64,000 nucleotides of DNA from a virus (IMGVR_UViG_2773858002_000001:27802-91801), one strand, 5' to 3'; shown: positions 1 to 9,693, counted from the first letter of the stretch. Notes: generated by a model not told the origin, from the letters alone. Numbers and translations: made by a program.

Positions 1-957
1 AACTGTCTTCGAAGACTGATCTCCGAGGCTCTTCTGCGTGTCCTTGGCGAGGTGCGCCTTGACCGTCTCGATCAGCTGGAGCGTGGTCTGCCCCTGCGCA
101 ATCTCGACCCACTTGTCCACGTTGTCGAGCGTGATGACGCTGGCGATCTCCTTCAGCTTCGTCCAGCCAAGATGCGCAACCTTCGACCACGGCACCTTGC
201 TTTCGGCAAGGCTGTTGTAGATGCCGACCCAATAGGTGGCCTTGCGGTAGTGGAGGCCATGCTCCTTCTCGACAAACTCGCGGAAGGATGCGTAGGGCTC
301 ATACCAACCGTTCGCCTGGATCACCGAAAGCACGCCACCGAGTTTGAAGAAGGTAACCTCGGTCTGCTCCGACAGTTCGGTCACCAGCTCGCGGGCCTGC
401 TTCTCCTTCATCGTCTCGATCTCATGGATCAAGTCAGAGAGCACGTCTTCACCTGGCTTCGTCACCTCACCGGCTTTGGAAGTAGCCTTGGCCACGGCCT
501 TGCCAGCCGGTTTCTTACCCTTCGACGCCGGTTCGGCTTTCTCTTCGGCTTTTTCCTGCGCCTTGGCCGTATCCTTCTTCGCTGCCGTCTTCTTGGCAGC
601 GGTCTTTTTCGTGGTCTTCTTGGCCGCAGGCTTCTCTTCAGGTTCCGGTTCGGGTTCAGGCTCCGTCTTCGCCTCTTCCTCGGAGCCGTCGTCAAACTGC
701 TCCTTCAACCAGGCGCGCTTTTCTTCAGCACCCCAGCCGGACCATTTGGCCGGCGTGTCGATACCGAACTCCTGCACCAGATTGTCGAGCTCACCGCTGT
801 CCATGACATCGACATCGACTGTCGTTTCGTCGCCGTCATCGGTCGCGGCCTCGGTTTCAACCTCGGCGGCTGTCTCCGTGCCGGTTTCGTCTTCCAGCTC
901 TTCCTCCACGGCGGACTTCTTCCCGCCTTTCAGGAGGCTAAGGCTTGCTGCGCTCAT
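1..957 (-). CDS. Putative DNA-binding protein (acidic N-term, histone H1-like AAKK repeats, helical HTH-like domain); runs off window edge, absent from ORF track
   Basis: ATG at 957 with RBS AAGGAG; open to position 1. Reads MSAASLSLLKGGKKSAVEEE...PAAKKTTKKTAAKKTAAKK...FFKLGGVLSVIQANGWYEPYASFREFVEKEHGLHYRKATYWVGIY. Confidence 0.8.
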   Translation of the reverse strand, partial: MSAASLSLLKGGKKSAVEEELEDETGTETAAEVETEAATDDGDETTVDVDVMDSGELDNLVQEFGIDTPAKWSGWGAEEKRAWLKEQFDDGSEEEAKTEPEPEPEPEEKPAAKKTTKKTAAKKTAAKKDTAKAQEKAEEKAEPASKGKKPAGKAVAKATSKAGEVTKPGEDVLSDLIHEIETMKEKQARELVTELSEQTEVTFFKLGGVLSVIQANGWYEPYASFREFVEKEHGLHYRKATYWVGIYNSLAESKVPWSKVAHLGWTKLKEIASVITLDNVDKWVEIAQGQTTLQLIETVKAHLAKDTQKSLGDQSSKTV

Positions 958-1029
958 ACGTCTTACTCCTTGCTTGGGAATGTGACCAACAGAAGCCCTC
1001 CGTGGCAGCGTTGGTAAATGAACCCCACG

Positions 1030-1079
1030 ACACTAACAGTTGTGCAATTAATTGCAATTCAAGAATGCAGTTAATTGCA
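1030..1079 (-). promoter_or_regulatory. Sigma70-like promoter with two palindrome sites
   Basis: ATTGCA(1058-1053)-N17-TAGTGT(1035-1030). One site overlaps the -35/spacer (1043-1056); the other is 7 nt upstream of the -35 (1066-1079). Confidence 0.6.
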
Positions 1080-1607
1080 CTTGATGGCTAATTTTCCGAC
1101 CACCATACGCATGTCTTTCGTGATCCCCGGAAGGCGGTTCGATATAGCCAGCCCCATGGCCGCTAACCCATACGCATCGGCAGTGTTGTTGCTTATCGCG
1201 GTGTGCCCCCACCTCTTCAGGACGTACATCATGACCTGCTCCTTCGGGGAACCGCCTTTGCCGGTGACGAACTTCTTTAGCTCTGAGGCGCTGGGATCGT
1301 ACCATTTAAAGCCATCCAACACGAGCATGAAGCGGAGAAGTCCGCCAAGCTCTACCAACGGTATGGTGCTGTTGGGGTTCTTGCCGAGGGAATACCCCTC
1401 CAGGACCAAACGATCCGGCTTGAACTCGTGGATCGCGGTCATGACCTTCTCGACAATGAACCGGGTGCGTTCAACACCCCTCATATCTCCAGTTTTGATT
1501 TCGAACTCGGCCAACAGGTCAGGTGTCGCTGTACCGTTCTCACGTAGCACCACGATGCCGGTTGCTGTGGCAGACGGATCAATACCTATCGATGTCAGGG
1601 GCATCAT
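1071..1607 (-). CDS. ruvC: RuvC-like Holliday junction resolvase
   Basis: IGIDPS..ATG, LVLEG, LKKFVTGKG..KEQV and ADAYGLA motifs. Confidence 0.88.
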   Translation of the reverse strand: MMPLTSIGIDPSATATGIVVLRENGTATPDLLAEFEIKTGDMRGVERTRFIVEKVMTAIHEFKPDRLVLEGYSLGKNPNSTIPLVELGGLLRFMLVLDGFKWYDPSASELKKFVTGKGGSPKEQVMMYVLKRWGHTAISNNTADAYGLAAMGLAISNRLPGITKDMRMVVGKLAIKCN

Positions 1608-1837
1608 CTCCGCACCCCTCTCTGGGACAACTTCCAGAAATCCGACAAGCCATCGAGTTGCGCGTCAACAATCGCATGTGCTCTGACGCGCTGGCTCTCC
1701 TGCTCCTTGGGATCATCACAGATCACCGCTGCCAAGAACTCGTTCAGTGCAGCTTCGAGCAGGAGCTTGCAAGACGCGAGACGGTTCTGAACCGCCACAG
1801 CCTTCTCTTGATCACTTTCCATTGTTTTTCCAATCAT
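1604..1837 (-). CDS. Hypothetical protein
   Basis: 77-aa ORF packed between neighbours with overlaps; start uncertain. Confidence 0.6.
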   Translation of the reverse strand: MIGKTMESDQEKAVAVQNRLASCKLLLEAALNEFLAAVICDDPKEQESQRVRAHAIVDAQLDGLSDFWKLSQRGVRR

Positions 1838-2729
1838 ACTCGGGCGGGAACTCTCCGCTGAAGCACGCTTTCTTGAACTCGCAACCCGCCGCCCGCTTGG
1901 ACATTGAGGACGAACAGATGCCGCACGGCATACCGACCTTGCCGTCCCGGAAGTCTTTCACAACCTTGGCTCTGAACGCCGGCTCCTTGGTGGCTTTGTC
2001 GTCGCGCTCTACAAAGAACTCCTTGAACGGACTGAAGTTGTCGGAGAGCCCCCACTTCTTGACCTCCGGATCGGCGCACCCGTAACCCCCTTTGGTTGTG
2101 TAGAGTATCGCCGCCTCCGACGTATCGATCTGACTAGCCCACGGACTGTCGCTTTCAGCGATGATCCGCAGATAGAGGTTCGTCCTCCACTTGTGTTCCG
2201 CAAGAGGGGCTTTCAGAGACTTGAACTCGTCCTTGTCCATGGTCTTGATCTCATGGGGCACGAGCTTCGGCCCACCTAGAGCCAGCAGCATATCCACGCC
2301 GCACGACGCGCCTGTCTTCGCGCTCTTGAAGCGTACTTCCTTCGGCTCAAGCGTCCGTGTGCCACACGTCTCGCACTTCTCGGGCCGTAAGCAAAACTGA
2401 TGCACGCTGCCGCAGGCTACGCACTTCCAGTGACACACGGCCCGACCCATCTCCGCGAACCAAAGCACGATGTTCCGTTCCTGGTCACGCCCGATCTGGA
2501 ATGTCATCCGTTCTGATGCGGACAGCCAGCGATCCTTCGGCTTAACGTTCGTGACATCATGCAGAGCGTACGCACGGGGGCACATACCTTCCGGCTTCGT
2601 CAGGTCCGACGCGTGCACGGTCGCCATGGGTCGCGCCTTGTCAAAATTCGACAGGTGCTGATGGAGAAAGAACTTTGCTGTCCTCTTCGGCTGGAAGTCC
2701 TTGGCCTTCTTCAGGAACGTGATCGCCAA
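1812..2729 (-). CDS. Cas4-like PD-(D/E)XK exonuclease
   Basis: HASDL..CPR, GVD, EIKT, and C-terminal Cys cluster (C..C...C...C); TTG start inferred. Confidence 0.72.
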   Translation of the reverse strand: MAITFLKKAKDFQPKRTAKFFLHQHLSNFDKARPMATVHASDLTKPEGMCPRAYALHDVTNVKPKDRWLSASERMTFQIGRDQERNIVLWFAEMGRAVCHWKCVACGSVHQFCLRPEKCETCGTRTLEPKEVRFKSAKTGASCGVDMLLALGGPKLVPHEIKTMDKDEFKSLKAPLAEHKWRTNLYLRIIAESDSPWASQIDTSEAAILYTTKGGYGCADPEVKKWGLSDNFSPFKEFFVERDDKATKEPAFRAKVVKDFRDGKVGMPCGICSSSMSKRAAGCEFKKACFSGEFPPEYDWKNNGK

Positions 2730-2730
2730 C

Positions 2731-3075
2731 TCACCACCCCTTACTCTCAAAGAACCACTCGTTCAGGCTGGCCAGAGTCTGCTTGCCGGTGTCCGGCATG
2801 ATCTGGATCGTCATCGACAGATCAAACTCCAGTCCGTCATAGCTGTAGCTCGCGGACTGGTTGACTTCCTTGATCATGATGCCCTGAGCCGTCAGAGCGT
2901 CGAGTGCCAATTTCACGGGTATGTCCTTCGGTTCCGGCAACGGCACTGCTACGGGCTGCAGTGCAGAAAGGTCGCTGGCGGTCTCCCAATAGAGTTTGGC
3001 TGCCTCCGCACTGACCAGTTCGTACGGAAGCACCTCTTTGACCGGCAGTGCCTTCGCCTTCTCGATCCATTTCAT
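2731..3075 (-). CDS. Hypothetical protein
   Basis: ATG overlaps the upstream stop (ATGA). Confidence 0.6.
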   Translation of the reverse strand: MKWIEKAKALPVKEVLPYELVSAEAAKLYWETASDLSALQPVAVPLPEPKDIPVKLALDALTAQGIMIKEVNQSASYSYDGLEFDLSMTIQIMPDTGKQTLASLNEWFFESKGW

Positions 3076-3425
3076 TTCAGGTGCCCTTCCCAGACATGGC
3101 GAGGCACAGCCACCCAATCCCCGTCGAGGATCGCCCGTCCATCAGGTGTGACAAAGGAGATTGCCAGCGCGGGTGTCTTGCCTTCGGATCGTGCCTCATG
3201 AGCGATCTTCAGGAGCCAGTCTCTCTTGAGGCCGATAGACAGACCCGTGGTGCTCTTTGCCTCCATGAGCACGGAACCGAGGTCGATGTCTCCTTTCGCA
3301 CCCTCCACCGCTCCGGAGGCTGGTCGGTTCCGCCCACCAAGCTGTCGGGCAAGGCGCTGCTCTGAGGCCCTGCCAGACTTGCCGATGGCGTGCTTCTGCT
3401 TCCGCTTCAGGTAGGGGTTATCCAT
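3072..3425 (-). CDS. PD-(D/E)XK nuclease, Hjc-like resolvase
   Basis: G.ASEQRLA, SGA..KGDI and EAKST motifs. Confidence 0.7.
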   Translation of the reverse strand: MDNPYLKRKQKHAIGKSGRASEQRLARQLGGRNRPASGAVEGAKGDIDLGSVLMEAKSTTGLSIGLKRDWLLKIAHEARSEGKTPALAISFVTPDGRAILDGDWVAVPRHVWEGHLK

Positions 3426-4500
3426 CGGACTCCCCTTCCTCCATGAGTTCGCCACCTGACATCATCACCTTGATGACGTGGCTACGAACCTTGTTGGCGT
3501 ATTCAGGCTGGGTGTGGAACCTTTCCTTCCATTCCTTCTGGGTGGCATAGGTCTCACCAAAAATCTCCCATCCCTTCTTCTCGGCGGGAGCCAGCTCTCC
3601 GAAGCTTTCGAGGTAGCCTTTGATGGTATTCACGTCGTCACATTGGCCGATCTCCAGGCCGGCATGCGGCTGTGTGACCATCTCGAACTTTCCGGACGCC
3701 GCTAGGATCGGAACCTTGAACTTCTTGACAACGAAGTTCACCTCCTTCCGTACGGGCATCACCTTCGAAACCTTGTTGTCGATGATGTTGTTGCCGTAGA
3801 CCCGCAACACGACCGCCGACTGGAACCAGGGTTTCTTGCCAGCGGGTGTCGTCTCGGGGTTTCCGAACATCACACCGATCTTGTAGGTGATCTGGTTGAT
3901 GTAGAAGAGCGTGGGGTAGTGCCCGCGCTTCTCCGCTTCCACAAAGGCAGCTATTGTCTTGCGGTAGAGCTTGCCCGCGATACGTCCTGCCGCACCGGGG
4001 TTCTCTCCCTCCGAACTCTTCTCAAGTTCCGCGGTGCCCACGAGGGCGGCGAGGCTGTCGAGCACAACCAGGCCAACGTCGTCGGCCAGTAGCATCGCCT
4101 CGACCATATCGACGGCCTGCTCGGCATAGGCTGGCTTCAAGACGATCAGTTTGTCTGTATCCACGCCGAGGCTCCGCGCCCACGGGGCGTTGTACTCGTT
4201 CTCTAGATCGACAAACACGCAGGTGAGCTCTGGCCAAAGCTTCTGGTGTTGTGCGATGGCCAGCAGCGCGATGTTGGTCTTGTTTGAGCTTTCCGGACCG
4301 AAGATCATAGAGACCTTCCCGCGCGGAAATCCACCGGCCAACGCAAGATCGAGCTCGAACATTCCGGTCGGAATGCGGTCCGTGTTGACCCACTGGTTGC
4401 CATACGAGCCGGCACCGTCGCCCATGTCCTTCTGGAACTGCTTGAGCAGCGATGCGGCGCTTACGGACGCCTTCTGAACCTTTTTGATTGTGACGGCCAT
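3418..4500 (-). CDS. recA: RecA/UvsX-like recombinase
   Basis: IPTG..ELDLAL.GGFPRG, FGPESSNKT, FVDLE, VVLDSLAAL, INQ...KIGVMFGNPETTP. Confidence 0.93.
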   Translation of the reverse strand: MAVTIKKVQKASVSAASLLKQFQKDMGDGAGSYGNQWVNTDRIPTGMFELDLALAGGFPRGKVSMIFGPESSNKTNIALLAIAQHQKLWPELTCVFVDLENEYNAPWARSLGVDTDKLIVLKPAYAEQAVDMVEAMLLADDVGLVVLDSLAALVGTAELEKSSEGENPGAAGRIAGKLYRKTIAAFVEAEKRGHYPTLFYINQITYKIGVMFGNPETTPAGKKPWFQSAVVLRVYGNNIIDNKVSKVMPVRKEVNFVVKKFKVPILAASGKFEMVTQPHAGLEIGQCDDVNTIKGYLESFGELAPAEKKGWEIFGETYATQKEWKERFHTQPEYANKVRSHVIKVMMSGGELMEEGESDG

Positions 4501-4503
4501 CGG

Positions 4504-4755
4504 CTACTCCTGCCTCACCCAAGTGATCGTCTCGGTCTCACCGTCGTAGAGTACGTCGTACTCCGGCAGCAGGTCGCCCTCGGGAACATCATCGAAGTGC
4601 TCGCAAAGCGCCTCGTACTCGATGCTGTTGGATGACAGTCGCGCTTCCGCACGAAGGATGATCGTCTGGCCCATGATCGCGCAGACGACTTCAGGCGCGT
4701 CATTGATGGCTTCGACCGTGATCGTGAATTTCCCGAGACGTCGGTCATTCAGCAT
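4504..4755 (-). CDS. Hypothetical protein
   Basis: ATG at 4755 with AGGAG RBS just downstream of a palindrome copy. Confidence 0.65.
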   Translation of the reverse strand: MLNDRRLGKFTITVEAINDAPEVVCAIMGQTIILRAEARLSSNSIEYEALCEHFDDVPEGDLLPEYDVLYDGETETITWVRQE

Positions 4756-4795
4756 TTCTCGCTCCTGTGCAATTAATTGCAATGCCGACTTGCGG

Positions 4796-5128
4796 TTATT
4801 CGCTTTCGAGTTCTGCGACCATTCCCTGAAGCTTCTGGTCGGTCCATTCCTTGGCGAACTCGAACACGTCGTCCACCTCACCGTGCAGGCATGGAACCTT
4901 GAGGCTCACCTGAAGGCGTGCCGACTGATAATTGCCAAGGTTGTGCGTGTAGGACATCTCAGTCCCGACCTCACACCACGGGCCGACAGAGCCTTCGGTA
5001 GAAGCGGCGACCGAGGCCGGAACCTCAACGATTTCCTCATTGGCGTCTTCGGAGATGATCTCTCCCTTGTTCTTGGTCTGCTCACTGGTCGTGGCAGTTG
5101 CGGTTTTCTTCGTAATCTTCAATGCCAT
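4796..5128 (-). CDS. Hypothetical phage protein (NLGNYQSAR motif)
   Basis: AAGGAGG RBS; T.NLGNY.S motif recalled from conserved phage proteins. Confidence 0.7.
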   Translation of the reverse strand: MALKITKKTATATTSEQTKNKGEIISEDANEEIVEVPASVAASTEGSVGPWCEVGTEMSYTHNLGNYQSARLQVSLKVPCLHGEVDDVFEFAKEWTDQKLQGMVAELESE

Positions 5129-5146
5129 GATCGCCTCCTTGCGCGT

Positions 5147-6577
5147 TTACAGCATGTCTTTCACTTCGGCTCCAATTGAGCCGTACCACTTGGCCCTAGA
5201 TGTACTGTAGGCCAGGAACACAGGGCTGTCGGGATCAATAACGTCCATGACAACCGGCTGCTTCTTGTCGGGGTATTCTCGGCGGATGCGCCCAACAGGC
5301 TGCTCGACCTTGGCGCGGGGCATCGCGAGCAAGCACGTATCGAGCCAGTCGATGCTCGTGCCCTCACCCATCATCGCATAGGTCGTGAATATGATAGGCT
5401 TCACCTTCTCCCTCTCGCGGTGCTCTTTTTCGGCCTTTGTGGTGGCTCCTAGATAGAACCCCATGTCCCTGCCACTAATCTTGAAATCCTTGGAGCACGC
5501 GCGGTGTATCGATCTCAGATGATCGTGCAGCGTCGAGAAAACGACCACCTTGCGACCTTTCTCAAAGGCGCTGTGCGTCAGCTCGGCAAGCAGATAATTC
5601 CGCTCCGGGTCTGCAGCGATGATCTTCTCCATATGCGTCGTCTTGCCCGGTTGGTGGGGTACTCGAACAACGTCTTTCTGCCCCGTCTCGGGATCTTCAA
5701 CGATCTTCCTCGGGCAGTTCCAGTTTGACGTAAACCGCAGCACCTTGGGAACCATAAGCTGGGCTTCGGTTCGCGCCCGGATGGGGCCGATGTGGGCGAA
5801 TACCAACTGCTCCTTGCCGTCTGACCTGTTTACCGTGGCTGAGAGGCCCAGGCGCAACTTCGCAGGGAACATGTCCACGACAGTCTGAAACTGATCCGCA
5901 GGAACCCTGTGGCATTCGTCAAAGATCACCAAACCGAAATCCTCAGTGATCCAATCCGGGTACTTCCCGTCCTTTGAGAGCGAGTGGATCATGGCGACGA
6001 CGAACTTGGTGCCGATGACCTCACATTTGTCACCCCTAATCTCACCGACTTCGTGAGGCTCAAGTCCGAGGAACTTCTGTGCACCGTCAAGCCATTGTTT
6101 GTAGATGTCGTCTTTCGTTGTGATGACGATGGTCTTCCGCTGCACCACGTAAGCGGCATGGTAGCCGAGTACGGTCTTGCCCCAGCCCGTGTAGGCCGAT
6201 ACGACACCACTCTCCCCCGCGAGCAAAAAATCCGCCGTCGCCTTGAACAGATCAACTTGGTGTGGCCTGGGCGTCGGGTCTTTTGGGAACTCGACAAACG
6301 CACCATCAGAGCGATTGTCGTTATCGCTTATCGGACAAAGAGCGCGTGGCAGATGGACGACATTCCCGTCACGCCGGCAGAGCGAGACTTCATCGCCAAA
6401 TCGAGAAGTGAACTTGTAGCGCTCTTCGAAGAACGGCTTGTAGGCGTAGACAGCAGTTGCCCCCGTGGACAGGGGCTTGTCCTTGCGCCTCAACTCCGAA
6501 AGCAACGCCATGACTCTCTCCGATCTGAAAGGGGCGTGAGGGGCAGCCACTTGGGCGGGGGGTTGGGACGCGGCCAC
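5147..6577 (-). CDS. Superfamily II DExH helicase
   Basis: PRPHQ, AYTGWGKT, DECH, LGLSAT, EQPVGRIRR. Confidence 0.92.
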   Translation of the reverse strand: MAASQPPAQVAAPHAPFRSERVMALLSELRRKDKPLSTGATAVYAYKPFFEERYKFTSRFGDEVSLCRRDGNVVHLPRALCPISDNDNRSDGAFVEFPKDPTPRPHQVDLFKATADFLLAGESGVVSAYTGWGKTVLGYHAAYVVQRKTIVITTKDDIYKQWLDGAQKFLGLEPHEVGEIRGDKCEVIGTKFVVAMIHSLSKDGKYPDWITEDFGLVIFDECHRVPADQFQTVVDMFPAKLRLGLSATVNRSDGKEQLVFAHIGPIRARTEAQLMVPKVLRFTSNWNCPRKIVEDPETGQKDVVRVPHQPGKTTHMEKIIAADPERNYLLAELTHSAFEKGRKVVVFSTLHDHLRSIHRACSKDFKISGRDMGFYLGATTKAEKEHREREKVKPIIFTTYAMMGEGTSIDWLDTCLLAMPRAKVEQPVGRIRREYPDKKQPVVMDVIDPDSPVFLAYSTSRAKWYGSIGAEVKDML

Positions 6578-6639
6578 CCCTCACTATTCCTGCAAGCGGG
6601 GGGCTGATTGCAGGAAATGCAATTAATTGCACGAAACGC

Positions 6640-7479
6640 TTACAGTTCGTCCGACAGGTTCGCCTTGGAGCCCTGATTGTTGCCGTTGTAGCCGATACCG
6701 GTCTGAGCCTTGCCAACCCCGAGGTCGATCAGCTCCTGCGGCGAGAGGTATCGAATTTCCTCTTCATAGTTTGCAGGCATCACGTCCTCTTCCTTCTCCA
6801 GGCCGAACTTGTCCATGATCTCCTGCCGGGTCGAGAATTTGTGCTGGAAGTCAAACTGGCTGCCGACGCCCGCCGAGTTTTCCCCGGTCCGATAGACATC
6901 AAAGGTGCAACCCACGAGACCGCCGCGCTTTTTCGCAAGCGTGGTCAGCTGAGTGATCGTCTGCCGCTTGGCGACGAAGAGCTTCCGCGTGTTGCTGATC
7001 GTCTTGCCCTTGTTGGGGCCGTTCTTGATGGTGTGTTCCGTGTGATCAATAATCGTCATCACACCCACGAGGGATGCGCGATCACCCTTCTCACAGATGG
7101 GGCAAGGTTGCGTCTGATCGGACTCCGCCGTGCAGACAAAGGTCTCCCAATTGCCATTAATTCGAATGCGGTGCTCGTAGTACATGAGAATGTCGAGCAT
7201 TCCGTCATCGTCCATCTTCCCGTCGAGGAAAGTGATCTGGCGTTCTTCGCCCTCCGGCATCCAGAAACGCCACAGCTTGCCGGCTTCCTGCTTGCGCATC
7301 TCAGCCTGCGCTTCCTCAGTGGCGAGAGCTTCCTTGGCGGCCTGACCCTTCTTCATCCAGCCCATGCCGGACGATCCAGATGACTTCGAAGTGGTTTTCG
7401 GTTTGGAGGTCTCTGTGTTCTCGTTGTCAGAACTCTGGGTCGATGAGGCGACCACCTTCTTCGCGAATTTCAAAGCCAT
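6640..7479 (-). CDS. Single-stranded DNA-binding protein (gp32-like)
   Basis: RFW..EGE..ITFLD, H...C...CPIC zinc motif; sits in the replication module. Confidence 0.7.
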   Translation of the reverse strand: MALKFAKKVVASSTQSSDNENTETSKPKTTSKSSGSSGMGWMKKGQAAKEALATEEAQAEMRKQEAGKLWRFWMPEGEERQITFLDGKMDDDGMLDILMYYEHRIRINGNWETFVCTAESDQTQPCPICEKGDRASLVGVMTIIDHTEHTIKNGPNKGKTISNTRKLFVAKRQTITQLTTLAKKRGGLVGCTFDVYRTGENSAGVGSQFDFQHKFSTRQEIMDKFGLEKEEDVMPANYEEEIRYLSPQELIDLGVGKAQTGIGYNGNNQGSKANLSDEL

Positions 7480-7536
7480 AGCAGCGGGTTCCTTCGGTTT
7501 CCAAGTTTTCCCATCAGACCTCTCGGGTCTGATTTA

Positions 7537-7586
7537 AGGATAGACGAAAGGCATAGCCGGTCAACAAAAAAGTGCAATTAATTTCA
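7537..7586 (-). promoter_or_regulatory. Sigma70-like promoter with palindrome 7 nt upstream of -35
   Basis: GTTGAC(7565-7560)-N17-TATCCT(7542-7537); site at 7573-7586. Confidence 0.72.
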
Positions 7587-7598
7587 CGTTTTCGAGCT

Positions 7599-8585
7599 TC
7601 ATATTTCTGGGTCCAGGTTCACGTAGGGAGCCAGCAATCCTCGGATTTCATCAACCGAACAAACGCCTGGGTCTTTTCTCCCCTCCGGTGGCTCCAGATG
7701 CCTTACAACGTGGTCCTTGTGGAGTATCTTCTTGATCTTCGCCCGACCAGCATCGCCGCCCTTCCCTCGGTCGAGAAACGTAATCCACTCCAGGGCGTCC
7801 GACATGCGGATAAGCTTCTCAGTAGACGGGTTTGCGAAGAGCGGGCTCGTGACGTTGCGGTAGACCCTGAAGACACTAGCGACATCCATTGGCCCTTCTA
7901 CGACGACGATGGGCTTCTCGAAATCGATCCAACTCTCGCCCAGCCAGACAATTGGGTTGTTCCTCCCCGCCTGCAGGTACATTCGGTATCTCGGATCGAC
8001 ACCATCCTTGATTGCGCGCCCATGAAGTCCCTTCAGGCGTCCTTTGAAATCACGAACAGGAAAGCAGACGCGTTGCTGCTTCGTGTCCGCTCGAACGTCG
8101 AGGATTGTCGCCACCTCTTCTGAAACACCGCGCTGCTGAAGATAGTCCCGCGCAAATGGAACCTGCTGGAACGGGGGAAAGCTCTCCAGCCACCACGCCG
8201 GAAATTCGTGTTGCTGGGTCTTCGACCCAAACAACATTTCTTCCACGTCGGGGCTATCGAGGTTCATGAACTCGTCAGCATCGGCGTCGTCAATGAGCGT
8301 CATAGCGTCCCCCCATTTGACGCTCATCTTGTGCTCGGTCTTGTTGCGTTGTCGCATTTCAAGGACAAGAGCGCTGAGTTTCCCGTGGAAACCGCAGGCG
8401 AAGCAGTTACAGAAGGCGTCACCCGCCTCTTTCTTGACCGCAAAGGCTGGGTTCTTGTCCTCGCCACCATCATGCGTCCACGGTGCGAGCGGGCAGGAAG
8501 CCACGAACCACCCTGCCCGCTGCTGCGCAATCGGCACCTTTGCGTTCAGCATCTTCAGGAGCTTTACAAGACGGTCTGCCTTCAC
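7599..8585 (-). CDS. DNA primase (zinc finger + Toprim)
   Basis: CP..H...D.NP, CNCFACG, VVVEGPMD, FLDRGKGG, KDPG; GTG start overlaps the rnh stop. Confidence 0.88.
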   Translation of the reverse strand: MKADRLVKLLKMLNAKVPIAQQRAGWFVASCPLAPWTHDGGEDKNPAFAVKKEAGDAFCNCFACGFHGKLSALVLEMRQRNKTEHKMSVKWGDAMTLIDDADADEFMNLDSPDVEEMLFGSKTQQHEFPAWWLESFPPFQQVPFARDYLQQRGVSEEVATILDVRADTKQQRVCFPVRDFKGRLKGLHGRAIKDGVDPRYRMYLQAGRNNPIVWLGESWIDFEKPIVVVEGPMDVASVFRVYRNVTSPLFANPSTEKLIRMSDALEWITFLDRGKGGDAGRAKIKKILHKDHVVRHLEPPEGRKDPGVCSVDEIRGLLAPYVNLDPEI

Positions 8586-9208
8586 AGAGGGCCGACCTCT
8601 TCTGGAGATATGGTTGGGGCTTTCAGCAGAACCGCCTTGTGTGCCTCCGCCATGGCTTGCGTGCACAAGGCATCGCACCGTTCGTTGAACTCATTGCCAC
8701 TGTGCCCCTTCACCCACTCAAACTTGACGTCATGCACCTGATATAGCTTGAGCAGTGGCTCCCATAGATCGCGATTGATGACGGTGCCCCCAGACGCGGT
8801 GCGCCAGCCGTTTCGCACCCAATTCCGGCTCCACACCGTGATCCCTTTCACGACGTACTCGCTGTCGCAGAATACCCGGATCGGAACGCCGATCTCAACC
8901 GCCTCCAGTGCCTTGAGGACAGCGGTCATCTCCATCCGGTTGTTCGTCGTGTCGAACGCGTGGCCAACCTGCTCGTCATACTCGCCTGTCGGATGGTGGA
9001 CAGTAAACGCCCAAGCCCCCAGGCCACCCTTGTTCCGATCACAGCCGCCGTCAGTGTGGATCACGATCTCGGACGGGGCCTTCTGAACCGTGCTGGCATG
9101 ATGCACTTCAACCCCGTTCGCCTGAAGCAGTTCGAGGATGGAGTCTCGCACGTGCTCCCCCTCTTCTACCCCGTCAGCTTTGAACTGAAGCAGCAGCTGC
9201 AGGTTCAT
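8582..9208 (-). CDS. rnhA: Ribonuclease HI
   Basis: IHTDGGC, TTNNRMEM.A, DSEYV, NRDLW, WVKGHSG..NERCD. Confidence 0.95.
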   Translation of the reverse strand: MNLQLLLQFKADGVEEGEHVRDSILELLQANGVEVHHASTVQKAPSEIVIHTDGGCDRNKGGLGAWAFTVHHPTGEYDEQVGHAFDTTNNRMEMTAVLKALEAVEIGVPIRVFCDSEYVVKGITVWSRNWVRNGWRTASGGTVINRDLWEPLLKLYQVHDVKFEWVKGHSGNEFNERCDALCTQAMAEAHKAVLLKAPTISPEEVGPL

Positions 9209-9693
9209 TTGTCTGCCCTGCGGATCACCTTGATGGATCGGGAAGACGGCTCGATCTCCAGCACCTCTTCGAGCTGTGGTGGGGTCAGATACTTATCGAG
9301 GTCGCCCAGCTTGAGTTGAGCCAGCTCCATGAAGAGCTTCGCTCCGAGAAACTTCTTGGCCTTCTCTTTGTCCTTGACCGACCGCGAAGTCCCTTTTGCG
9401 CCGGCTTCGAGTCGGAAGACATGCGCAAGCTGCTCGATGGGTGCGTCTTCGTCGGCCTCGATCTCATCCACCTTTGCCTGAAGCTCCTTCAACGCATCCT
9501 TGTAGGGCTTCAGCCGCTCGTTCTCCTTCTTGATGCGCTCAATGACGGGTGCAGCCTCTTCCTGAAGTGTACCCACACGGTCGATCAGTTCGATGATCTC
9601 CGCCATCTCGGGAGAGAACGCTTCGATCTCGCCCAGCTCAGGGGACATTGGCGGCGTATCGACCTTCTTTTTCTTGGTCAGAACAATTGCCAT
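9205..9693 (-). CDS. Hypothetical coiled-coil protein
   Basis: GGAGG RBS; first gene after the promoter at 9728-9777. Confidence 0.7.
   Translation of the reverse strand: MAIVLTKKKKVDTPPMSPELGEIEAFSPEMAEIIELIDRVGTLQEEAAPVIERIKKENERLKPYKDALKELQAKVDEIEADEDAPIEQLAHVFRLEAGAKGTSRSVKDKEKAKKFLGAKLFMELAQLKLGDLDKYLTPPQLEEVLEIEPSSRSIKVIRRADK

Noticed and set aside
1043-1056. Palindrome as a known host box (ArgR, CtrA, LexA, FNR)
   Set aside because: Resembles the ARG box TGMAT-W4-ATKCA but differs at positions 5 and 10 and has an invariant core; does not match TTAA-N7-TTAA, GTTC-N7-GTTC or TTGAT-N4-ATCAA. An unknown host binder is not excluded.
1812-2729. Cas4-like gene as sign of a CRISPR-Cas system
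   Set aside because: Solo Cas4-like nucleases are common in phage recombination modules; no cas1/cas2 or array present.
7152-7165. TGCCATTAATTCGA as another motif copy
   Set aside because: Three mismatches including the core; not counted.
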